A stretch of DNA of 64,000 nt from an uncultured Nitrososphaerales archaeon (GTDB lineage Archaea > Thermoproteota > Nitrososphaeria > Nitrososphaerales > Nitrososphaeraceae): NCBI GenBank assembly GCA_963709405.1, contig CAVPXM010000047.1, positions 1 to 64,000 of the forward strand, written 5' to 3'. Shown in pieces: positions 21,833-29,806 of the stretch (position 1 is its first letter; every line of letters starts with the position of its first letter). Below the pieces are notes generated by a model. That model saw only the letters and a program-made list of their open reading frames with translations. It had not been told where the DNA came from and searched no databases. Both the position numbers and the translations under genes were made by a program.

Positions 21833-23803
21833 CTATCTATCTTCCTTCATAGCATCATATTTCTTTTTAAGGTCTGCGATAGACGGTAATGAATCAAGCA
21901 ATCCCTTTATAGATTTTGATACGTCTTTAACATGCTGATCTTCCTTTACGACATTATCAAGTTCATTAAATATTTCTTCATTTTTATCCTCAACATTCAT
22001 TAGGCCGTCTTTAGGGTCGACTGCTTCAAGGTCGTTATGCTGTATTTCCTCCCACCTGTTACTATAGGAAAATTCACAGAGATCTTCTAGATAGTCTTGA
22101 AGGTCTTGCAATTCCTTAGGAAAATACTCTTCAGGCCGAGGTTCGTCTACAATATCAATATAGTTTATTTGTTCTGGAAATGTTTCTGTTAACTTATATA
22201 ATATCCATTTCCATAACGCCTCAGCTCCAACCTTTGCAATTATCATATCTATTTCTATTTTCTGGTTCTTTAGGTATTCATCATATTTCCAAATCTGTCT
22301 ATTCTGCGGTGAATAGTCTTCTAACACGTCTGTCAACTTAAGGTCTGGATACCCATTCTGTTGTAACCACTTGACAGTATTCATATCAACTCCTAGCCTT
22401 GGAACATTCAAGCCTAACTTTTTAAACGCATCTGCTGACTCTCTGCCGATAAGGTCATCGTCGTATATAGTACATACCCTAATCCTGTTATCTTTGCATG
22501 CCTTCGCAAGGTCTTTTGCGTATCTAACGGGTTGTCCAGCAGTTGCAACTAACGCGATACGATGCGGTTTAGCCAGGTCGAGAAGCACATCAGTAACACC
22601 TTCCTTTTCTATGTTTATTAGGTGAGATGTTCGTGTTTCTGCAAGTTCTTTGATAGAGTCTGAAGTTATAAGATGCCTCTCACCATTGAAATAAAGTACG
22701 GCTCTAGCCTTTGCTACAATACCTAAATCTTCACGAGTTACCTTATCACCCCAGAGGTCTTTTATAGCCTCGGCAATCCTGCCCTGTAAACTTCTTCTTG
22801 TAGTGGCCCAATCAACCTCTGGCTCAAAACCATCTGCCCTCATCAAGGGTTCGATACGATACCAAACACCGGACTGCGTTAATCTATCTCTTATTTTAAG
22901 CGTTGGGCCCGCTTTAATAGCCGCTTTTCTTCGTTTTAAGAATGGCTTAAGATAGTCGTCCATATATTGACCGGTTCGTCCACTGCCAGTATTATACCTG
23001 AAACTGCTGCCTGGATTAAGGCGAACACTTGGCATTTTATTGGCTAGCCTCGATACGAGGAGACCAATGGTCTCCTGATAGGGAATAAGGTCTATATGTG
23101 TCTTACCTGCTGACCCTTGCCAGTTAGGACATGGAGTGATAAGATCGATATACACAAGACATGGTCTTTTCTTCCAACCGCCGCCTATATTACTAAAACC
23201 GCATCTAGATAGAATGTCCCTAATACTTCTTACACCAGATACACCAGATGGATAGACCATATCCTTAGTTTCGACATAATAATTACCACCTTCAAAATAC
23301 GACTCTCCGTCGTTTAGACCCGGTACAGAATTTATGTTAGCAAGAATGAGGTTTCTGCGGTCTGTATCTACGAATGGGATAAAGACAACTTCGACCCTAT
23401 AATTGAATATTTGAGCGTTATAGCAAGCCTCTTCAGTATTACGGTTAGGAGGCCATGAACCTATAGCAATATCTGCCTTTGCGTCTTCAACGACAATATG
23501 ACTGTCGTACATTGCGGCTAGACTAGTTATCAATTCCTCGGCTCGTTCCTTCTTGTAATTTGGATAAGGGAATTTGGGAGACTCTGGTTCCATTCTGGCT
23601 CTTAGGTCATGGACTAACTCCATACAGAGGTCTGGATCATTGGTAAATTGTTGGACTGTTACCGTTACAAACTTCTTGGTTATTTTACTGCGTTCTCTAT
23701 AGGTAGATAATATTTCAGGTGCGGTTTTATTTTTATCTGTAATTACCTTAACATACTCCCTAAAAAATAGTTGCGGTATAGAATGATAGATACTATCTTG
23801 CAT
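21833..23803 (-). CDS. Type IIB topoisomerase-like (Topo VIII-like) subunit: B-subunit transducer fused to A-subunit WHD and Toprim
   Basis: Transducer-like LANINSVP and PNWQGSAGKTHI (compare Topo VIB ..SAGKE..), RLTQSGVWYR (candidate catalytic Tyr), IEKEG, YDDDLIG, KIEID. Confidence 0.75.
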   Translation of the reverse strand: MQDSIYHSIPQLFFREYVKVITDKNKTAPEILSTYRERSKITKKFVTVTVQQFTNDPDLCMELVHDLRARMEPESPKFPYPNYKKERAEELITSLAAMYDSHIVVEDAKADIAIGSWPPNRNTEEACYNAQIFNYRVEVVFIPFVDTDRRNLILANINSVPGLNDGESYFEGGNYYVETKDMVYPSGVSGVRSIRDILSRCGFSNIGGGWKKRPCLVYIDLITPCPNWQGSAGKTHIDLIPYQETIGLLVSRLANKMPSVRLNPGSSFRYNTGSGRTGQYMDDYLKPFLKRRKAAIKAGPTLKIRDRLTQSGVWYRIEPLMRADGFEPEVDWATTRRSLQGRIAEAIKDLWGDKVTREDLGIVAKARAVLYFNGERHLITSDSIKELAETRTSHLINIEKEGVTDVLLDLAKPHRIALVATAGQPVRYAKDLAKACKDNRIRVCTIYDDDLIGRESADAFKKLGLNVPRLGVDMNTVKWLQQNGYPDLKLTDVLEDYSPQNRQIWKYDEYLKNQKIEIDMIIAKVGAEALWKWILYKLTETFPEQINYIDIVDEPRPEEYFPKELQDLQDYLEDLCEFSYSNRWEEIQHNDLEAVDPKDGLMNVEDKNEEIFNELDNVVKEDQHVKDVSKSIKGLLDSLPSIADLKKKYDAMKEDR

Positions 23804-24643
23804 TTATTTAAAAGTCACTCCATTCTCGTCCTTGTATTCATAATTAAATTCAGTGTACTTGATTTTACTAGTTCGAAAACGCAAGAAATAATTCAATAGT
23901 TTAACGCGTAATGAAGCAGTGAAACCACCGCTAAGAAGTTCGGTACTAATCGGTAGAGTAGCACATACCTCGATATAGTCAATAGCGTCTGACCTACTCG
24001 GTTCCTTAATATTTACATATACATTACCAATATCTCTATCAACCTTAAGAAATACTTTATACTCTTGACCATTGAATCTAAGTATTAGTGGCTCTGTCCA
24101 TTGTATATCATGTAAACCGGTAGATATATCACTATTATATTCGATCCAACTAGCATAACCTTTACCTAGTGATCTCTTCATGTAATCTCCTAATGAGCCG
24201 CCTGTACCTCTATGTTGTCCTCGCTTTGTAGAACCCCATATACCGTAATCAAATGTTAGGTCTAAATCCTTGAATACTCTAACATGAGCAACATTAGAAT
24301 TACGTATACTTATACGGAAAAACTTTATGTCTTCACGGTTAGGAATGTTATCTATCTTTATAGATACTGTTATCCATCTGTCTTCTTTGGTATGCTTTCC
24401 ATGCTCCATAGGTGACGGATAATAATCGTTTTCAAAATCCCACCCATTAGTTAGCAACTCCTTTAAAAATACTTCAGGCCAATCGCTTTGAAGGTATGAA
24501 GTGTCTGCTTGTATGCCTTGTACTGTAGTATAGCGGGCTATTTGCCTGGTTGCCGTAAAAACCGGCTCGCCCATATCCTTCCTACTGGGTAGGGTCTTGA
24601 CTTTTTGTGTATCATTCTCGTCATGACGATCTGCTAATTTCAT
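23804..24643 (-). CDS. GHKL-fold ATPase-like subunit of the type IIB topoisomerase-like module, with degenerate motifs
   Basis: WPEVFLKELLTNGWD (N-box), RNSN in place of DNGxG, STKRGQHRGTGGSLG (lid/G2-like). Confidence 0.7.
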   Translation of the reverse strand: MKLADRHDENDTQKVKTLPSRKDMGEPVFTATRQIARYTTVQGIQADTSYLQSDWPEVFLKELLTNGWDFENDYYPSPMEHGKHTKEDRWITVSIKIDNIPNREDIKFFRISIRNSNVAHVRVFKDLDLTFDYGIWGSTKRGQHRGTGGSLGDYMKRSLGKGYASWIEYNSDISTGLHDIQWTEPLILRFNGQEYKVFLKVDRDIGNVYVNIKEPSRSDAIDYIEVCATLPISTELLSGGFTASLRVKLLNYFLRFRTSKIKYTEFNYEYKDENGVTFK

Positions 24644-24772
24644 TACTTAATTTCTAGTACCTTATGAGCGAGCGTGACATAAATACCTTTAATCTTATGG
24701 TTTAAAGACAGCACGGCTATCATTAAATCATTAAATAATAGTTAGTTTGTACTTTCTTTATAGGAACAAAAT

Positions 24773-24965
24773 ATGAAGACGAAAAAGGAAATGAATCATA
24801 GAAAGCGAATTGTTAACCTAAATATGGACGCTGGTTTATGGCATAGGGCGAGGGTAAAGAGCTGCTGAAAAGGATACAACTTTAACGACTATAGTTGAGC
24901 ACTATTTGGAAGAGGGTTTGGAAAACTGCAGACATGATAAGATACCGATGATAACATCATCATAG
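24773..24965 (+). CDS. Small ribbon-helix-helix (CopG/ParG-like) regulator divergent from the topoisomerase-like operon; one frameshift; absent from the ORF track
   Basis: Joined translation MKTKKEMNHRKRIVNLNMDAGLWHRARVK/AAEKDTTLTTIVEHYLEEGL. Confidence 0.6.
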
Positions 24966-25093
24966 TCTATCATAGTATCAATTACTAAGCCGACCGATAG
25001 GCTATCTTTATTTTCTTTATTTACTTATTTATCTATGTAATACGATTAAACAGTTAAACAATCAGTTAAGTATAAATTCATAGTATTGGTATA

Positions 25094-25165
25094 GTATTGA
25101 ATCTTTCAGATCGTAACAAATTGCATATGGTATTGAATCTTTCAGATCGTAACAAATTGCATATG
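25094..25165. repeat. Perfect 36-bp tandem duplication
   Basis: GTATTGAATCTTTCAGATCGTAACAAATTGCATATG occurs twice (25094-25129 and 25130-25165). Confidence 0.95.
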
Positions 25166-25296
25166 TGGCGGCAAAACCAAACCAAGCAAAACATATTGGA
25201 TAAAGAACCTTTGCTCAGGGATTCCATTATGTGTGTTGCATACATGTGTTGCGTTAGTCAGACAGTCAAGCCGCTGTCACTTTTTAATAATTTTAC

Positions 25297-25650
25297 TTAG
25301 TTAATCTTTTCAATAATCGGTTTTAATAAATGTCGATGACAATGGTCTTCTTCGTATTCTTGACATAATAATGTAATAGTCTCTGTCTTATTTCTGTATC
25401 CCAACTCTTGTACTAATTTCATAGCATCTGTATTACTATAGATCTCTAAATTATAACGTTCTGTAAATATATCCCAACTAATCGCTTGAGTCTTCCAATC
25501 TTTTAATAATAACTCACTAGGCGCTAAGTCTGGCAACCAACGTTCTTTGTGTTCAATAAATTCTTTCATTGCTTTATTTATCCAGACGGGAGATCTCATA
25601 ATACAAATTCGATACCCGTCTTCTGGCTCAGGTTTATCATAAATACGCTC
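25297..25650 (-). CDS. DUF488 family protein; extreme N-terminus missing
   Basis: ERIYDKPEPEDGYRICIMR...WLPDLAPSELL...TLLCQE...HCHRHLL; in-frame TAA just upstream. Confidence 0.8.
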   Translation of the reverse strand, partial: ERIYDKPEPEDGYRICIMRSPVWINKAMKEFIEHKERWLPDLAPSELLLKDWKTQAISWDIFTERYNLEIYSNTDAMKLVQELGYRNKTETITLLCQEYEEDHCHRHLLKPIIEKIN

Positions 25651-26330
25651 TTACTCACTAAACAATCAAATCTTGGAAAGTTGTGATGGTGCATTTGCAA
25701 GCACATTAGCTAATCGTAGCATGACAGCGTACATTACCGCGCCGGCGACAATATTCAACGGATTAAAACCGGTTAATATACCTGTCAGTCTGCAATTTAC
25801 TAATCAAACCACAATTCGAGCTGCGACAGATTATCTGAAAAGCAGAGGGATACAGTAATCAATCAAATGAACCACATAATCACTTTTGTAGTTATTGCCG
25901 TCGTTGCTTTGAGCTTGCTATCTACTCAGGTACATCATTACTTGTCAGTATTAGTCTGATTATTGTTATTTTAACTATGACGACTACAGTAGTAAGAGCA
26001 GAAACAAATACAACAAATACAAATACAACAGCAGGCAGGCATTGTAGTGATAATACTAATTGCATAAGCGGCAAGTCAGTAGAACTATCAAGCGCAAAAT
26101 GGAAACGATGGAGACGATGCGGTAATCCTTAAAGATGTAAGAAAGGATGGAAGGTTAATTGAGGTTCAAATAAGGAACAGGCATAAGATGTCTATACGAC
26201 AATAGTTCTGAGTGTATACATGTTGGCTTTGCCTTGGCCTTGCCAGAGGTCAGAAAGGGGTTAAATAAATAGAAGGTTAATTCATTGGCGAGATTCTGAA
26301 TGCTCATTATTTATTATTTTCCCTCACAAC

Positions 26331-26900
26331 CTAGGTGTTATTATCATTCCTAGGTAGACTTGTAATAGTAACCTTGTCCCTCTTTAGCGTCTCAATCTCT
26401 CTTGTCAGTCTCATTACCTGATCAGATAAAGCCGCTATTGCATCAATATTTGATGAATTTCCGTCCGACAATATAGCAATTGCCTGTTCTTTTTCGTATA
26501 GCTGAGACTTAATATTAGTCTCATTGTTTCTTGTTTCTTCTTCAATTTTCTTTATTTGGCTTTGAAGCCTGTGTTCGCTGCCTATTGTAAGTACTGGAAC
26601 TGCCTTCAAATAGTCATCTAAAAGTTCTTTTTCTGTGGCTCTATAGTAAGAATCAGAGATGCCTACTGAATGCCCCATCAATTTTTCTATATTTATTGGC
26701 TTCATTCCGGCAATTTCACATTGAGTCTTGTACCACTTTCTAAAACCATGGTCAGTCTGAAACTCATGGCGTCTCCTGCCGAACTCTAATCCAGTTCTAA
26801 TACCTTGAGCCCACAGAGCCCGTTCCACTAACCTTCTAATTCCTACCGATTGTAATTTGACTGGCTCGTTAATCTTTCCTTTCCTTTCCTTTTTGAACCT
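26331..26900 (-). pseudogene. Tyrosine recombinase/integrase, C-terminal catalytic part plus coiled-coil tail; N-terminus deleted
   Basis: HGFRK, LMGH and SYY catalytic motifs; no room for the N-terminal half before the tRNA. Confidence 0.85.
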
Positions 26901-26974
26901 GATAATGGTTCTCTGTCAACTCTTGATTTCACTTTTTTATTCTCACGAGTCCCTTTAGAGAACTATTATCAGTG

Positions 26975-27065
26975 CGGGTTCGGTGGGATTCGGACCCACG
27001 ACATTTTAACCCATAATAATGACTGGTTAAGAGCCAGACGCTCTACCTGGCTGAGCTACGAACCC
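26975..27065 (-). tRNA. tRNA-Lys(CTT) with a 17-nt intron at non-canonical position 42/43
   Basis: GGGTTCG acceptor arm, GCTC/GAGC D arm, TCTGG-CTCTTAA-CCAG^A anticodon arm and GTGGG/CCCAC T arm after removing 27006-27022; TTTAAATA box ~30 nt upstream. Confidence 0.92.
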
Positions 27066-27128
27066 AACAAAAATCAAAGAGAAGTACAGAGATATTTAAA
27101 CGAAACTAGAGAATAAGAAATATAAGGT

Positions 27129-27740
27129 TTACAATTGTGGTACCGCTTCTTCTGACTGCCTTTCTTTAACTAGGGCAACAATTGCATCAGATACTGAACA
27201 ATTTCGTCGCTCTTTTTCCTTGAGGACCTTTCTATACGCATCCAGAGTGATATAAACTGGAATAGAGCCAGTCCCTTCCAATAATGCCTTTACCCGGTAC
27301 AACCCATTTTCTATACCCCTTTCGGCAACCTTTTTCAATTTCACCTTATCCATGAATCCACCTAGGGGACCCATTGGCATATCATAATCAACAGTAATGC
27401 TAGTCTGAGATTTTTTTTCTGAAATCTCTTTGAATTGGACCGTAATTATCCAGCGCTTGAATGGACCTTCGATCATTTTCGCGACAATCTTTTGATGTGG
27501 GATATATTCAATCGTTTCACAATCCCATTCAAGTCTCTTGCCATCGAAATCTCCATTAATTCTAAAAATTGTGCCTACACCAAAGCCATTTTTAACCTCT
27601 ATGGGAAGAATGTTTAACCCCATATTCTCAGGAAACTGATCAGCCATATGTTCTGGCCTTGCAAAATAAGTAAAAACTTCACTTATAGGTGCGTTTATTT
27701 CCATGGTTTTGTTAATAGTAGTCATTATCTGTCCTATCAA
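27129..27740 (-). CDS. SRPBCC/polyketide cyclase-like protein with a C-terminal RHH-like extension
   Basis: INAPISEVFTYF, EGPFKRW; tail IPVYITLDAYRKVLKEKERRNCSVSDAIVALV. Confidence 0.8.
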   Translation of the reverse strand: MIGQIMTTINKTMEINAPISEVFTYFARPEHMADQFPENMGLNILPIEVKNGFGVGTIFRINGDFDGKRLEWDCETIEYIPHQKIVAKMIEGPFKRWIITVQFKEISEKKSQTSITVDYDMPMGPLGGFMDKVKLKKVAERGIENGLYRVKALLEGTGSIPVYITLDAYRKVLKEKERRNCSVSDAIVALVKERQSEEAVPQL

Positions 27741-27992
27741 AATGGATTAGTTGAATTGAATTTAAAGGTTTCTTAAGAAGTTAGCTAATCATTATTTATT
27801 TGTTTATTTATTTGCATATTCTCCGGGTTTAGCCCGTGGTTCGACCAGCTATATAAAAATGGAATTTATCGTGTTCTATCCTACCTACCTACCTATTTTA
27901 TCCTAATTCAATCTACTCTACTCTGATCTCGTCTGGGTTAATTTAGTCTGATCTGAGATAATCTTACTAACTTTAAATTGCATTAATCTAAC

Positions 27993-28574
27993 TTAGCCTA
28001 TTATTTGCCTGATTATGGATTTGGAGATGTCGATCAAAGATTCCAGACAAAGCAAATCAGTATTTAATATAAAATCAAATACCGAGAGATCTGATCCAAA
28101 GTCAAATCCATATAACCTTCGATATATTTCAATATTTTCATTATCTCTTTCTAGGATAATTTCCGTTGCAGTATTGACGTCGATATTGTCTCTATTAGCC
28201 ATTCTTTTTGCTCTATTGCTTAGCGAACCTTTAAGCCAAAATTTTATGCACTGTGGTGCAAGCCAAGGGAGTGTATAGGAGGTTATAATGACGTTTCCGT
28301 TTTTAACCAACTCGACTAGCTTCTGATCTACTTCTTTGTCAAATAATGGATTAGACTTGCGTTCAGACATAAACTTTTTAGCTTCTCCAGTGTCCCACCA
28401 ATCATTGCCAGACATCGCATATCCTTTCTCATTTGCTAATAACTTCAATATATCGCCTCCGTTGTATAAATTGAAATGAAATTCCTTTGCAAGCGCTTGT
28501 GCTATAGTGGTTTTTCCAACCGCCGGCAGACCGGCTATAACTATTCCCAAGCTTGATTTTATATCACTTTTCAA
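27993..28574 (-). CDS. cmk: Cytidylate kinase (archaeal type)
   Basis: GLPAVGKTT P-loop; position after adk and DUF106. Confidence 0.85.
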   Translation of the reverse strand: MKSDIKSSLGIVIAGLPAVGKTTIAQALAKEFHFNLYNGGDILKLLANEKGYAMSGNDWWDTGEAKKFMSERKSNPLFDKEVDQKLVELVKNGNVIITSYTLPWLAPQCIKFWLKGSLSNRAKRMANRDNIDVNTATEIILERDNENIEIYRRLYGFDFGSDLSVFDFILNTDLLCLESLIDISKSIIRQIIG

Positions 28575-29176
28575 CTTCCGGTTATACTTGGCATTCCGGT
28601 CTTGGTAACTTTTGAAATTATGCCGCTAAATGCAAACGAGGTAATTAGAAACCATCCCCACAAAAAAACTTCGCCTGAAACCAGACATGGTCCTTTGTGC
28701 TCGCCACTTTTAAGAAGATGATTATCCATTTTGACGTTGTCATCAGTGCACATGATCCATGGTATGTGAATCGGTGAAAGAGCAGTAGTTTGTCCAAAGA
28801 TAGTGGGAAATACGATAATCCAAAGTAGAAACGAAGGAACCATATAAATCAACATGGGCCGCATCTGCTGCTGTTGCATTTCCATACTCATTTTGTTTAC
28901 GTACGCCTGTTTCTTTTTCAATTCTTCGATACGAACTTTGTCCTTTTTCCTCACCGCATCGGTATATTGCTTTCTCCATTCGTTTGTTTCCTTCATGATC
29001 CTATTCATTTTGCCGATATCTGTAGTCTTTTTTCTCAGCATTGCAATCCCAAAGTTTAGACCGATTGAAATTAAAGCTGCCACTATCGCTGCAGTTAACA
29101 TGTCTGGAAATATGGGATGCTTGGTGTAATGAGGAGCAAGGCCAGGAAGTTGCAATATTAAGGAATCAAAATTCAA
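28571..29176 (-). CDS. DUF106/EMC3-TMCO1 family (Oxa1 superfamily) membrane insertase
   Basis: TM, coiled coil, QQQQMRPML, further TMs; conserved secY-adk-DUF106-cmk order. Confidence 0.85.
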   Translation of the reverse strand: MNFDSLILQLPGLAPHYTKHPIFPDMLTAAIVAALISIGLNFGIAMLRKKTTDIGKMNRIMKETNEWRKQYTDAVRKKDKVRIEELKKKQAYVNKMSMEMQQQQMRPMLIYMVPSFLLWIIVFPTIFGQTTALSPIHIPWIMCTDDNVKMDNHLLKSGEHKGPCLVSGEVFLWGWFLITSFAFSGIISKVTKTGMPSITGS

Positions 29177-29194
29177 GTACTATATAACACACCC

Positions 29195-29800
29195 TTATGC
29201 AAATTTTGCATTAGTTAACATCTTAGCTATCGCCGAGGCGGCTATATCAACCTCTTTTTCCTTATTTATAATTATCATAAAAGGTGAACCGCTTAGGACC
29301 GAGCAACACGACACGACCATTCTTGAAATTTCTAATTCAGTCTCAATGTCCTTGACTGAGGAAAGATCACGCTGCCTTGTGTTATCACTATTTCTTCTAT
29401 TCACTACTTCTTGTGCGTCGGCCGCGATCATGACATAATGTGTGGGTTTCAAAAGATTAATAAGATGCATCGGAAGCCCTGGATAAAAGCCCTCTGAGGT
29501 TTTAATGAAAAGATGGGTGTCTATGAACAGTATATTGCCTTGCATATTATAGATTTTCTTAGCTGCCATTTCTTGTAAAGACCTTTGCTCATTAAGCGAT
29601 AAACTTCGAAGTTCATCCCGATTCTTTAGACCTAATTTTTTTGATTCTTCAAACATTAAAGTCCCAAATACCACAATCTCTGCATTCTGATTTGCTTGCT
29701 GTAAAAGGGCTCGGCTCTTGCTATCACCGTAGTCTTTCCAACCCCCGGTATACCGACGACCACAATACGCTTTTTAAGCGAGCTGTCGTGATGGCCACTA
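29195..29800 (-). CDS. adk: Adenylate kinase (archaeal type); frameshift near 29700, start uncertain
   Basis: RIVVVGIPGVGKTTVI in the upstream frame; IDTH, GFYPGLP and RRNSDNTRQRD in ORF 29195-29674. Confidence 0.9.
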
Positions 29801-29806
29801 TTATTA

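Larger units (their letters stand above)
16758..26974 (-). mobile_element. Decaying integrative element at the tRNA-Lys 3' end; left boundary not defined
   Basis: Integrase remnant directly downstream of the tRNA, plus Prim-Pol/helicase, AbrB and RHH regulators and type IIB topoisomerase-like genes; no att duplication found. Confidence 0.7.

Noticed and set aside
20343-24643. Wadjet (JetABCD) defence system, suggested by the Toprim domain
   Set aside because: No SMC-like JetC, JetA or JetB nearby; the GHKL and transducer motifs point to type IIB topoisomerase ancestry
25094-25165. Possible CRISPR array
   Set aside because: Only two abutting copies, no spacer and no cas genes in the window
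27860-27960. Pyrimidine-rich 4-5-bp periodic sequence (CCTA/CTACT/TCTGA) between cmk and the SRPBCC gene
   Set aside because: Short, degenerate low-complexity tract with no supportable function
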